This document shows positions 31,370 through 41,224 of a stretch of 64,000 bases of DNA, piece by piece. Source of the stretch: Candidatus Krumholzibacteriia bacterium (GTDB lineage: Bacteria > Krumholzibacteriota > Krumholzibacteriia > LZORAL124-64-63); NCBI GenBank assembly GCA_050174015.1, contig JBFXKG010000001.1, positions 64,001-128,000 on the forward strand. The letters run 5' to 3'. A program made the position numbers and the translations under genes. Below the pieces are notes generated by a model, which saw nothing but the letters and a program-made list of their open reading frames with translations, did not search any database and was not told the origin of the DNA. Each line of letters opens with the position of its first letter. Within the stretch, counting starts at the first letter, position 1.

Positions 31370-33982
31370 CTACTTCAACAACACCATCTTCCGGGCCTCG
31401 GTGTAACCCGAGCCCGTCTCCAGGCGGAAGAAGTAGGTGCCGCTGGTGACCGGGTTGCCGCTCAGGTCGGTGCCGTCCCACCCGTACTGACCGCGGTAGT
31501 CGCCCGCGGGCAGGGTGGCGTCGATCACGGTCCGCACCAGGTGGCCGCGGAGGTCGAAGACCTGCAGCTTCACCTGGTCGCTCTTGGCCAGCGCGAAATT
31601 GAAGGTGGTCTTGGGGTTGAAGGGGTTGGGGTAGTTGGCGCCCAGGGCGGTGGCGGCCGCCGGCACCGGCGCCGGGCTCAGCCAGTCGTTGGCCGCGCCG
31701 GGGGTGCCGCGGTCGCCGGACCCGAACAGGGGGCCGTTCGAGGCCCACTTGGTGGGATCGTTGTTGTCCCCGGTCCCGATGAACTGCAGGGAGGAGCCGG
31801 TGGGGTCCTTCCACAGCAAGCCGTCGTCGTAGGACACGCTGTCGATCTCCAGCAGGAAGCCGTCCAGCAGGACGATCTCGTCGTCGGCGTTGGAGAGCTG
31901 GAAGCCGGAGTACTGGTAGAACACCGTCACGCCCTCGGCGGCCAGGGCCGTGGCGTTGCGGGCGAACACCTTGTACTCGCCCGGGCCGATGACCAGGGGA
32001 CCGCCGTTGTCGATGACGTGGGACTCGATGCCCAGGTCCTTGATGGTCCAGCCGTTCATGTCCACGGCGCCCGCGCCCTGGTTGTAGACCTCGAACCACT
32101 CGCCGTCGGTGTCGCTGAGGATGAAGGGATCCTTCATGATCTCGTTGATCACGATGTCGCCCGAGCCCAGCTCGAAGATCTCGACGGTGCTGTTGGGGGC
32201 GATGGTGTTGTTCGAGTCGTCCTTGACGTTGTTCACGCGCACGCTGTGCTGGATGCCCGCAGCGCTGGCGCCGAGAGTCAGCTCGACGCTGGTGTTCCCG
32301 GTCAGCAGGACGGCCGAGACGACCGGCACGGTGTTGCCCGGGGCGGCCGTCTGGAACACGGCGTAGTTGCCGGCCGTGGCGGCCGAGACGGGATCCAGCA
32401 TCTCGTCGAAGTTGACCTGCACGTGGGTGGGGTCGGTCAGCAGGGCGCTCACCAGCACCGGGGGCGTGGTGTCGGGGCCCTGGCGGTTGTTGACGAGATC
32501 CGAGGCCAGACCGACGATGACCTGACCCGCACCGGCGTAGGACCCGCCCGCGCCGGCCGCGACCAGGTTGTCGCCCACCAGCCAGGTTTCCAGTCCGGGC
32601 GCCAGATCGTCGTCCACGCGGATCACCACGGGGCCGCTGCCGTCGTCGATGGTGAAGTTGTGGGCGGGGTTGGTCCCGGTCGTGGTGGCGATGGCGGTGA
32701 TCGGGCCGCTGGTGCGGATGTAGGTGCCCTCGTTGCTCAGGGCGGCGGCGGCGCCGGTGCCCAGGACGGTGGGGGTCAGGACGGGGTTGCCGCCGCTGAC
32801 CAGTTCGACCTCGTAGTTCACGATCTCCAGGGTGGTGAAGTAGTAGTCCACCCGGCCGCTGATCTTCACGATGTTGCCGGTGTCGTTCAGCAGGGTCTCG
32901 CCGGTGACGCGCACGTCGCCGAAGACGTTCAGGCCGCGGCCCGAGCCGTCCTGGACGTAGGCGCTGATGCTGACGCCGTCGGCCTTGTAATCGCCGGGGA
33001 TGTAGACCTGGCCCTGGACCATGACCATGGTGCCGTCGAAGCCGGCGGAATCGGCATGGATGGTGGCGATGGGCGTGATGGATTCGGGAGCCACGGTGTA
33101 GCTGTAGAACGAGGTGGGGGCGTCGAAGGGGTTCGAGCCCGACAGCCCGTCGTTGTCCAGGGCGGTCACGTAGTAGTCGATCTGGTCGCCGTTGCTGGCG
33201 CCCTGGACCGTGCCGAGGTAGGTGGAGCCGGCCGACAGGAACATGGCGGAGGTCTGCCAGGCGCCGCCGTTGTAGCTGAAGTGCAGGGTCACCGAGGAGA
33301 CGGTGCCGTCCAGGTCGGTCACGTCGGCGTAGATGGTGACTTCCTCGTCGGGAACCGGCAGCAGGGGCCGGTGCATCACGTTGTCGACCTGCGGGGCCTG
33401 CAGGGGCACGTCGCCGTTGGCGGCGCCCGGGGTACCGAAGTCGCCGCCGCCGAAGACCACGTTCGACTCGGCCCAGTGCGTGCCGTCGTTGTTGTCGGTC
33501 CCGACCTCGTCCCACATCATCGAGGCGCCTGTGGGATCGGGCCAGAGGATCCCGCCGTCGTACACGACGCGGTCGATCTCGACCAGCGAGGCGTTCAGCA
33601 GGATGACCTCGTCGTCCCCGTTGGCCAGGGTGAAGGACGTGCCGTACTCGTAGAGCAGGGTCACGCCCTGGCCGGCCATGATGGCGGCGTTCCGGCCCAG
33701 CACGGCGTACCCGCCGGCGGGCACCACGGCGGAGGCGGCGATGACGTGGCTGTCGGCGCCGAGGTCCTGGATGGTCCAGCCGTTGAGGTCGACCGGGGTG
33801 GCGCCGGTGTTGTGGACCTCGAACCACTCGCCGTCGGCATCGAGCAGGACCGCGGGATTCTGCATGATCTCGGTGATCACGATGTCCGCATCCCCCGCCA
33901 GGGCCGCACCGGCCAGCAGGGTCAGGGTCATCAGCACGACCGGCAGGGCGAACAGCCGGCCGAATCCGTTAGACGTACGCAT
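31370..33982 (-). CDS. Secreted protein with two lamin-tail domains, OB-fold/Ig-like regions and FlgD-Ig C-terminus
   Basis: IVITEIMQNP...GEWFEVHN and IVINEIMKDP...GEWFEVYN; central I.TI/VQD/IDDGSG OB-like units; NYPNPFNP tail. Confidence 0.85.
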   Translation of the reverse strand: MRTSNGFGRLFALPVVLMTLTLLAGAALAGDADIVITEIMQNPAVLLDADGEWFEVHNTGATPVDLNGWTIQDLGADSHVIAASAVVPAGGYAVLGRNAAIMAGQGVTLLYEYGTSFTLANGDDEVILLNASLVEIDRVVYDGGILWPDPTGASMMWDEVGTDNNDGTHWAESNVVFGGGDFGTPGAANGDVPLQAPQVDNVMHRPLLPVPDEEVTIYADVTDLDGTVSSVTLHFSYNGGAWQTSAMFLSAGSTYLGTVQGASNGDQIDYYVTALDNDGLSGSNPFDAPTSFYSYTVAPESITPIATIHADSAGFDGTMVMVQGQVYIPGDYKADGVSISAYVQDGSGRGLNVFGDVRVTGETLLNDTGNIVKISGRVDYYFTTLEIVNYEVELVSGGNPVLTPTVLGTGAAAALSNEGTYIRTSGPITAIATTTGTNPAHNFTIDDGSGPVVIRVDDDLAPGLETWLVGDNLVAAGAGGSYAGAGQVIVGLASDLVNNRQGPDTTPPVLVSALLTDPTHVQVNFDEMLDPVSAATAGNYAVFQTAAPGNTVPVVSAVLLTGNTSVELTLGASAAGIQHSVRVNNVKDDSNNTIAPNSTVEIFELGSGDIVINEIMKDPFILSDTDGEWFEVYNQGAGAVDMNGWTIKDLGIESHVIDNGGPLVIGPGEYKVFARNATALAAEGVTVFYQYSGFQLSNADDEIVLLDGFLLEIDSVSYDDGLLWKDPTGSSLQFIGTGDNNDPTKWASNGPLFGSGDRGTPGAANDWLSPAPVPAAATALGANYPNPFNPKTTFNFALAKSDQVKLQVFDLRGHLVRTVIDATLPAGDYRGQYGWDGTDLSGNPVTSGTYFFRLETGSGYTEARKMVLLK

Positions 33983-34173
33983 GGGGCATCTCCGATCATT
34001 CGGGACAGGAAGGCGGCCCGCCGGCCGCACGGGATTCTCCGTCTAAGTATATCACATTTGGGCGCTTTTGAGAATAATTTGGGGAATTCCAGCCGTTGGT
34101 TCTGCAAAAAAACGGCCGTTTCCCACCATCGGCGGAACCCCGTGACGGGCGTAACCTGGCGCCGATGAACACG

Positions 34174-36327
34174 CTATTTCGCCAGGCTTTCCAGCAGGGA
34201 CAGGAACCGCGGATGCCCCCGCAAGGGGTCCAGGTCCGAGTCGTTCTCCATCCACTCGCGGTAGGAGGCCCCGATCCGCACGGTCCGCTCCAGGCAGTCG
34301 ATGGCCTCGTCGATCTTCCCCAGCCAGGCGTAGGTGCATGAGACGTTGTAGAGGATGGCCGGATCGTCGGGGTCCAGGGCCAGGGCCCGGTTGGCCCACT
34401 TCAGGCCGCGGTCCCGCTGGCCCAGGCGCACCATGGCTCCGGCGCCCATGTAGCAGGCGCGGGCGTCCTCGGGGTTCAGGAGGATGGCCTTCTCCGCCAG
34501 CTCCATGCCCAGGCGGTTGGCGGCTTCCTCGTCCGCAGGGCGATCCAGGGCGTGGTAGACCTGGGCCAGCAGGATCGGGATCTGGTAGTCGTCGGGGCTG
34601 GCCTTGGCGGCCAGCCGGTAGGATTCGACGGCCTCGTCGTACTTGCCCTGGACGACGCAGTCCCGGGCGTGGAAGTAGTAGGGCTCGAACAGGCTGGGGT
34701 CCAGCTCGCCGGCGATGCGGAACTCCCGGGCTGCGGCCTGGTGGTTGCGGCTCAGGGACAGGGCCAGCCCGCGGGAGGCGTGGGCCTCGGCCAGGGCCGG
34801 ATCGATGTCCAGGGCCTGGCTGCTGAGCCGGTCGGCCTGCTCCAGGTTCTCGGCGCTGCTGTCGATGTACATGTAGAGGTAGCTGAAGCAGTCGGCCTTG
34901 CCGGCATAGGCCGAGGCGAACAGGGGGTCGAGTTCGATCGCCTGCCCGAACATGCGGCGGGCGATCTCCACGTTGCGCTTGCCCCAGCGCCGGAAGAAGT
35001 CGCGCCCGCGCAGGTAGAAGTCGTAGGCGGCGGGATTGTTGGTCCGGGCCTCGACCAGCCGGGCGGTGCGGTCCGGGGCCAGCGTCAGCTGCAGGGCCTT
35101 GACGATGCACTGGGCGATCTCGTCCTGGACCGCGAACACGTCCCGCAGCTCGCGGTCGTAACGGCTGGACCAGAGGTGGCAGCCGTCGGTCACGTCGATG
35201 AGCTGGGCCATGATCCGCAGCATGCTGCCCGACTTGCGGACGCTGCCTTCGAGCAGGGTGCCCACGCCCAGCTTGCGCCCCACCTCGCGGCTGTCCCCGC
35301 CCAGGTCGCGGTACTGGAAGCTGGACATGCGGGAGGCCACCTTCAGCCCCTCGATGCGCGTCAGGGCGTTGATGATCTCCTCGGCGACGCCGTGGCAGAA
35401 GTATTCCTGGTCCTGGGTGGAGCTGAGGTCGGAGAACGGCAGGACGGCGATGGACCGGACCGCTCCCTCGTCCCCGCGGCAGGTCTGCCCGCGGATCTCC
35501 CGCAGCTCGTCCCGCAGGTCGGCCGCCCCGTTGAAGCGGGCGCCCGGATCCTTGGCCAGGCACCGCATCACCGCCTGGCTCAGGCGCAGGGGGCAATCGG
35601 CCCGCAGGCTCAACGGGGGCAGGGGCTGGTCCCGCAGGACGGCCGCCAGCTTCTCGGCCGTGGTCTGTCCGGTGAAGGGCTTGTGGCCGGTGATCAGCAG
35701 GTACAGGACGGCGCCCAGGGAGAACAGGTCGCTGCGTGCGCCCACTTCGCGACCTCGGACCTGTTCGGGGGCCATGTAGTCGGGAGTGCCCAGGATGTGC
35801 GAGCCCGTCTGGTCCAGCTTGGCCGTGACCGAGAGGTCTCCCGGGAGGGATTCGGCGCGCACCAGCTTGGCCAGGCCGAAATCGAGGATCTTCACCTGGC
35901 CGTCCGCGGTGACCATGACGTTGTCAGGCTTGAGGTCGCGGTGGACCACCCCCTGGGCGTGGGCGGCGCCCAGGGCGTCGGCCAGTCCGATGGCCACGTC
36001 GAAGAACCGGGGCCAGGCCAGGCTGGGCCCGGTCTCGGCCGCGGAAAGGGGGCTGCCCTCGACCAGTTCCATGGTGATGAAGTGGAGGCCGTCCGCCTCC
36101 TCCACGGAGTGGATGACCACGATCCCCGGATGGTGGATCGCGGCCAGGGCCCGCGCCTCCTGCTTGAACCGGCCGAGGCGCTGGCGGTCCTCGGCCATCT
36201 CCGCAGGCAGGACCTTCAGGGCCACGTTGCGCTGCAGTTCGTTGTCCCGGGCGAGGTAGACCTCACCCATGGCTCCGGATCCGATTTCGGCGGTGATCGT
36301 ATAGCGGGATAGGGTCTGGCCGATCAT
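34174..36327 (-). CDS. Hanks-type Ser/Thr protein kinase with TolB-N-like and TPR domains
   Basis: IGSGAMGEVY, VALKVL, HRDLKPDN, DFGLAK, YMAPE; SIAVLPF domain; C-terminal TPRs. Confidence 0.95.
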   Translation of the reverse strand: MIGQTLSRYTITAEIGSGAMGEVYLARDNELQRNVALKVLPAEMAEDRQRLGRFKQEARALAAIHHPGIVVIHSVEEADGLHFITMELVEGSPLSAAETGPSLAWPRFFDVAIGLADALGAAHAQGVVHRDLKPDNVMVTADGQVKILDFGLAKLVRAESLPGDLSVTAKLDQTGSHILGTPDYMAPEQVRGREVGARSDLFSLGAVLYLLITGHKPFTGQTTAEKLAAVLRDQPLPPLSLRADCPLRLSQAVMRCLAKDPGARFNGAADLRDELREIRGQTCRGDEGAVRSIAVLPFSDLSSTQDQEYFCHGVAEEIINALTRIEGLKVASRMSSFQYRDLGGDSREVGRKLGVGTLLEGSVRKSGSMLRIMAQLIDVTDGCHLWSSRYDRELRDVFAVQDEIAQCIVKALQLTLAPDRTARLVEARTNNPAAYDFYLRGRDFFRRWGKRNVEIARRMFGQAIELDPLFASAYAGKADCFSYLYMYIDSSAENLEQADRLSSQALDIDPALAEAHASRGLALSLSRNHQAAAREFRIAGELDPSLFEPYYFHARDCVVQGKYDEAVESYRLAAKASPDDYQIPILLAQVYHALDRPADEEAANRLGMELAEKAILLNPEDARACYMGAGAMVRLGQRDRGLKWANRALALDPDDPAILYNVSCTYAWLGKIDEAIDCLERTVRIGASYREWMENDSDLDPLRGHPRFLSLLESLAK

Positions 36328-36439
36328 GACAACCCCCTCTGCCCGGATCCGGGCCCTGACGGAGTCTGCGGCGCTGACGGCGAGAAGTCGGGATGTCGTT
36401 TCCGATGCCTGTCGGAACCTGGAATACGGATCAGGGCGC

Positions 36440-36472
36440 AAAAAGTTGCCCCGGACCGCAGCCCGGGGCAAC
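36440..36472 (-). terminator. Rho-independent terminator after the putative selenoprotein gene
   Basis: Minus strand GTTGCCCCGGGC-TGCG-GTCCGGGGCAAC-TTTTT. Confidence 0.85.
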
Positions 36473-36498
36473 GCGAAGCCTCCGAGGGGTTTCCCGGA

Positions 36499-39111
36499 TC
36501 ACTTGACCATGGTCATGCGCCCGGTCCACACCGATCCGTCCCCGGTTTCCAGCCGGTAGAGATAGGATCCCGAGGCCACCGGCTGGCCGCCGTCGTCCTC
36601 ACCGCGCCAGGTCACCGCATGGGGACCGGCGGGAAGGGGGCCCTCGGCCAGCGTCGCCACCAGGCGGCCGTCCAGGGCGTAGACCGCCAGCCGCACGGGG
36701 CCGGGTGCCGCCAGTTCGAAGCCGATGGTGGTGCTGGGGTTGAAGGGATTGGGATGGGCCTGGCCCAGGGCCGCGGCCCGGGGGGTGCGGTCGCCCACCG
36801 CGCTGGCGGGATCCTGGCCCTGGATGACCGCGACGGTGCGGTCCGCCGCGATCGGCCCGAAGGACTGGATGGTCCCGTCGGGCCAGAAGATCTCGACCTG
36901 GTCGACCAGATCGGCGTCGCCGAGGCCGAAGTGCTGCACCAGCGGAGGATTGCAGAGGTAGCCGGCGCCCGAGATCACCAGACGGGACCGGGACACACCG
37001 CCCGCGCTGACGACGATGCGCGCGCCGATCGCGCTGGTGTTGGGGGCGTTCCCCGTGAGCGCCAGCTGCAGCCAGTGGTTGGCGTTGGCGACCTGGTTCA
37101 CGAGCAGGACGTTGGGCTGGCCGTCCTTGGTGATGAAGACGTCCAGGCGGCCGTCGCCGTCGAGGTCGCCGCAAACGACGGCGTTGCTCGCACCCTCGGC
37201 CTCCGCCGGTCCCACCGGGATGCGGGTGAAGCCGCCGGCCCCGTCGTTGATCAGCATCAGGTCGCTCTGGTCCGAGCGGGTGACGTAAAGGTCGAGGAAC
37301 CCGTCGTTGTCCAGGTCGGCCCAGGCCACTCCGCGTCCCTGGCCGGTGTCGCCCAGGTCGGCGCCCGGATTGAGCGAGTACTGGAACGGACCGGTGCAGC
37401 GGTAGAGGCGGTCGGCGTTGCCGCTGTTGGCGACGTACAGGTCGAAGTCCCCGTCGTTGTCGTAGTCGCCCCAGGCCGCGCCGTAGCTGTTGCTGTTGTC
37501 GTTGGTGTTGGAGCTGCCCGATACGTCCTGGAAGCCGAGGGCGGTGTTCTCCAGGTAGACGTTGGCGTTGAACTTGCGGGCCAGGTACAGGTCCATGCGC
37601 CCGTCCAGGTCGCCGTCGTTCCAGCAGTGGGCCGAGCTGTTGCCGAGGTTGTTCAGGGGGGTGCCGACGACGGGGACGAAGAGGGTGTAGCCCACGCCGG
37701 GGTCCCCGATGTTCTCCAGGACGGTGTTGGCGGCGCCGTGGTTCAGGATGAAGAGGTCAAGGTCCCCGTCCTGGCGGTAGTCGAACCAGGACGCTCCCGC
37801 CGCGGGCACGGTCACGTTCACGCCGTAGGCGGGGTCGACCGCGAATCCGCCCGATCCGTCGCCGGCCAGCAGGAGGCCGGCCTCGCCGTCCCTGGCGAGG
37901 TAGACGTCCAGGTGGCCGTCGCCGTCGAAGTCGGCCCAGGCGCCCGCGACGCCGGCGCCGGTATCGGCCAGCGGACCGGCGGCGATGTCGGTGAATGTCT
38001 CGTTTCCGTCGTTGCGCAGCAGCTGGTCGGCGGACCCCTGGTTGACCACGTGGACGTCCAGGTCGCCGTCCTCGTCCGCATCGATCAGGCTGACCGCCCG
38101 GCCGGCCCCGGCATTGCCGACCGCCCCGGCCGTCAACGGCTGGAACGGACCGTCTGAATAGGCGCCGGTGAAGGTGATGGCGCCGTCCTCGGCGACGGTC
38201 TGGACCTGGGGGTTGACCTGGGGACCGGTCCACCAGGGGGTCTCGTCCCAGGTCAGGGTGAACTGTCCGAACCGGAAGAGGTTCAGGGAGGTGTCGCCGC
38301 TGCCCTGCATGGAGATGCCGTCGGGGCCCTCGAGCAGCCAGCCGGCCTCCACGCCGTCGGGCTGGCAGTCGATGACCACGGTGGAGGCATAATCGGGAAG
38401 GGCGGAGGCGGCCTGGAGGATCTCCTTGGTGGTGTTCTTCTGCACCAGGGCGATGATGCGCAGGTCGTCCACGTCCCACGCGGGATCCATGGTGAAGGTC
38501 CGGGTCACGGTGGTGGTCTGGCCGGGAGTGGTCAGGGTGAAGGATTCGGTGGCCGGCATCAGAACGACCATGTTGCTCTGGTTGTGAAGGCCATCGATGC
38601 AGACGAAGAAATGCACGGTGTGGGTCCCGGAGACGGCGGCGTCGACGGTGATGTCGAAGCTGGCCTCGGCCTGGTCGTTGATGACGCTGAAGACGCCGCT
38701 GATGACCAGGGGGCTCGCGATGGCGGCCCTGGTCCCGTAGTCCACGTCGTAATAGGGGAACATGGTTCCCGAGGGGAGCCCGCCCACTTCGAGGATGGTC
38801 CCGTCGAACATGACGTTGGGGGTCCCGGAAATCCCGTACCAGGCGGCCCGATCATTGCCCGACGGCGTGGCGTAGGGGGCGGAGAAGTAGAAGGTCAGGG
38901 GCAGGAACTCGGCCGGCCCGTGGTAGGTCTCCAGATCATCGATTCCCGCGACCGCGGAAGGGCAGTAGGGTCAGCCGTCGGCCGAGTAGAGTTCGGCGAC
39001 GACGGCGCGCTGGGCGGCGGCGCTGATCCCCGGGGCCAGGGTCAGGGCCGCGAAGGCGGCCAGGAGCAGGATCCTTGCGGACAAGGTGCTGTCGTGGGCG
39101 GTTTTCGGCAT
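36499..39111 (-). CDS. Putative secreted selenoprotein (870 aa): signal peptide, UxxC thioredoxin/Omp28-like domain, FG-GAP/VCBS repeats, ASPIC/UnbV, FlgD-Ig
   Basis: GGAGG RBS and ATG at 39111; MPKTAHDSTLSARILLLAAFAALTLAPGISAAAQRAVVAELYSADG-U-PYCP; TGA at 38973-38971 is in frame with the 770-aa ORF; SECIS-like hairpin follows; DxDxDGxxD repeats; HFGLG; AHPNPFNP. Confidence 0.85.
38943..38973 (-). promoter_or_regulatory. In-frame UGA with bacterial SECIS-like element
   Basis: UGA, 11-nt spacer CCCUACUGCCC, then hairpin UUCCGC-GGUC-GCGG(G)AA; same spacing and GGUC loop as the E. coli fdhF SECIS. Confidence 0.75.
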
Positions 39112-39286
39112 CGTTTCCCCTCCGATGGTCGAATGAATGATTCCGGATGATCATGGTAACACATAAGACCCAGGTCAACACCGGGAAATGCATCCATGAT
39201 TGCAAAAAATCACCCAATGAGAACAATATTCCCTATCAAATTCCTGCCGGGATGGAAACCCTCCACCATATTTCCCAAAAAAATAA

Positions 39287-39363
39287 TTCATGCGAATGGA
39301 AAAATTTTGAAAAACCTGCTTGACAGTCATACCCCCTGTCATTCATAACTTCATTTGAATGAA
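39287..39363 (+). promoter_or_regulatory. Promoter/operator region of the BMC operon
   Basis: TTGACA at 39320-39325 overlapped by palindrome TGACAG-N9-CTGTCA; two related palindromes TTCATGCGAATGGA (39287-39300) and TTCATTTGAATGAA (39350-39363); AT-rich. Confidence 0.55.
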
Positions 39364-39424
39364 ATTTGTCTTGCCGGGCTCCGGGCCTGGGGGTATCCAA
39401 AATTTTGGCGGATGTTTTCTTCAT

Positions 39425-39787
39425 ATGAAGGTGGAGATCCTGGATCCGATGCTGGGCGCACCCGCGAGGGTCGCCATCCTGGCCACCCTGGCCGACGGCC
39501 GGTCCTGGAGCTTTTCCGAACTGAAGGAAGAAACCGGGCTGGCGGACGGGAACCTCCACGTCCAGAGCCGCAAGTTGCTGGACGCAGGTTTCGCCACCTC
39601 GGAGAAGATGGTCCGGGGGCGGCGCAGGGTGACCTGCTACCGGATGACCCCAGAAGGACGCGAGCTGCTGGCCGGGTACGTGCGCCGGCTGAGCAGGGCC
39701 CTGGGTGCGGACGGGGAAAAGCCCGACCTCCCGCAGCCGGGCAGGAAGCAGACCCCTCTCAAGGACGACGGTTCGAGGGTCTGGTGA
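39425..39787 (+). CDS. Winged-helix (MarR/ArsR-like) transcriptional regulator
   Basis: RVAILATL...SFSELKEETGLADGNLHV..RKL.DAGF...RRRVTCYRMTPEGR pattern. Confidence 0.85.
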   Translation: MKVEILDPMLGAPARVAILATLADGRSWSFSELKEETGLADGNLHVQSRKLLDAGFATSEKMVRGRRRVTCYRMTPEGRELLAGYVRRLSRALGADGEKPDLPQPGRKQTPLKDDGSRVW

Positions 39788-39863
39788 GACGGGCGGCGGC
39801 GGCCACGGACGGCCGCCGCACCCGGCCCGGACGATTCCCGGGCCAAGCAGCGAGGAAGGTGTC

Positions 39864-41213
39864 ATGAACGTCGCCATCGGTGCCGACCACGGCGGTTTCG
39901 AGCTCAAGAAGAAGCTGGCCGAGCACCTCAAGGCCAAGGGACATCAGGTTCTGGACGTGGGCACGGACTCCGTCCAGCCCGTCGACTATCCGGTCTACGC
40001 GCGCAAGGTCGCCGAGGCCGTCGCCGCGGGGAAGGCGACCCGGGGGATCATGATCGACGGGGCCGGCATCGGCTCGTCCATGGTCGCCAACAAGGTGCCG
40101 GGAGTCCGGGCGGCCATGGCCTACGACCTGAGCAGCGCCCGCAACGGCCGCGAGCACAACGACGCCAACGTCCTGACCCTCGGCGCCGGGCTGATCGGGG
40201 CCGCCCTGGCCGTCCAGATCGTCGACGTCTTCCTGGAGACCGAGTGCACCGAGGCCCGGCACATGAAACGGGTGGCGATGATCGCCGAGGCGGGAACGCC
40301 CGCTTCCGCGGCGCCCGCGGCCCAGGCGGCCGGACCGGTCGCCGTCCTGCCGGCCGACCTCGGCGAGGAGGACATCCAGCGGATCGTGCGGCGCCTGGAG
40401 CAGATGCTCGGCGGCCGCGCCCTGGACGTCTTCCACGACGGACCCTGCGTGGGCAGCTGCCCCGACACCGCCCGCCGGTTCCTGGAACTGGGGGCGGGAC
40501 GCCTGACCAGCGGCCCCGGCAATCCCGGGCGCATTCCCGAGGAACTGGCCCGTTACATCGACCACACCATCCTCAAACCCGACGCCACCGTGGCCATGAT
40601 CGACAAGATCATCGCCGAGGCGCGGGAGTTCTCCTTCCGGTCGGTCTGCGTGAATCCCTGCTGGGTCAAGCGCGTGGCCGACGGCCTGCGAGGAACCCGG
40701 GTGTTGACCTGCTCGGTGGTGGGCTTCCCCCTGGGAGCCTCCACGCCCGACATCAAGGGGATGGAGGCCCGCAAGGCCATCCGGGACGGAGCCAAGGAGA
40801 TCGACATGGTCATCAACGTCGGCCGGCTGAAGTCGGGCGACGACGACTACGTGCTGAGGGACGTCCTCGCGGTGACGGACGCCTGCCGGGACGGAGGCGC
40901 GGTCAGCAAGGTGATCATCGAGACGGCCCTGCTCAGCGACGAGGAGAAGCGGCGCGCCTGCGAGCTGTCGCGCCGCGCCCGCGCCAACTTCGTGAAGACC
41001 TCGACGGGGTTCGCCTCGGGCGGGGCCACCGCGGAGGACGTGGCCCTGATGGCCTCGGTGGTCCGCGGGGCCGGCATGGAGGTCAAGGCCAGCGGCGGCA
41101 TCAAATCGTTCAGCGACGCCAAGCGCATGATCGACGCGGGGGCCACCCGCATCGGCGCAAGCGCCAGCATCGCCATCATCCAGGAAGCGCAGAAGACGAC
41201 GGTCAGCGCCTGA
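39864..41213 (+). CDS. deoC: RpiB sugar-phosphate isomerase / encapsulation peptide / DeoC deoxyribose-phosphate aldolase fusion
   Basis: IGADHGG, DYP, ANKVPGVRAA and REHNDANVL (RpiB); amphipathic linker LGEEDIQRIVRRLEQML; IDHTILKP, EIDMVIN, FVKTSTGF and VKASGGI (DeoC). Confidence 0.93.
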   Translation: MNVAIGADHGGFELKKKLAEHLKAKGHQVLDVGTDSVQPVDYPVYARKVAEAVAAGKATRGIMIDGAGIGSSMVANKVPGVRAAMAYDLSSARNGREHNDANVLTLGAGLIGAALAVQIVDVFLETECTEARHMKRVAMIAEAGTPASAAPAAQAAGPVAVLPADLGEEDIQRIVRRLEQMLGGRALDVFHDGPCVGSCPDTARRFLELGAGRLTSGPGNPGRIPEELARYIDHTILKPDATVAMIDKIIAEAREFSFRSVCVNPCWVKRVADGLRGTRVLTCSVVGFPLGASTPDIKGMEARKAIRDGAKEIDMVINVGRLKSGDDDYVLRDVLAVTDACRDGGAVSKVIIETALLSDEEKRRACELSRRARANFVKTSTGFASGGATAEDVALMASVVRGAGMEVKASGGIKSFSDAKRMIDAGATRIGASASIAIIQEAQKTTVSA

Positions 41214-41224
41214 AGGAGCGGAAC

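Noticed and set aside
38971..38973. TGA read as Trp (alternative genetic code) or as a simple nonsense mutation
   Set aside because: Many genes in the window end in TGA, so the code is standard. The codon sits at the CxxC first-Cys position with a SECIS-like hairpin, which favours Sec, although this is unproven without the sel genes.
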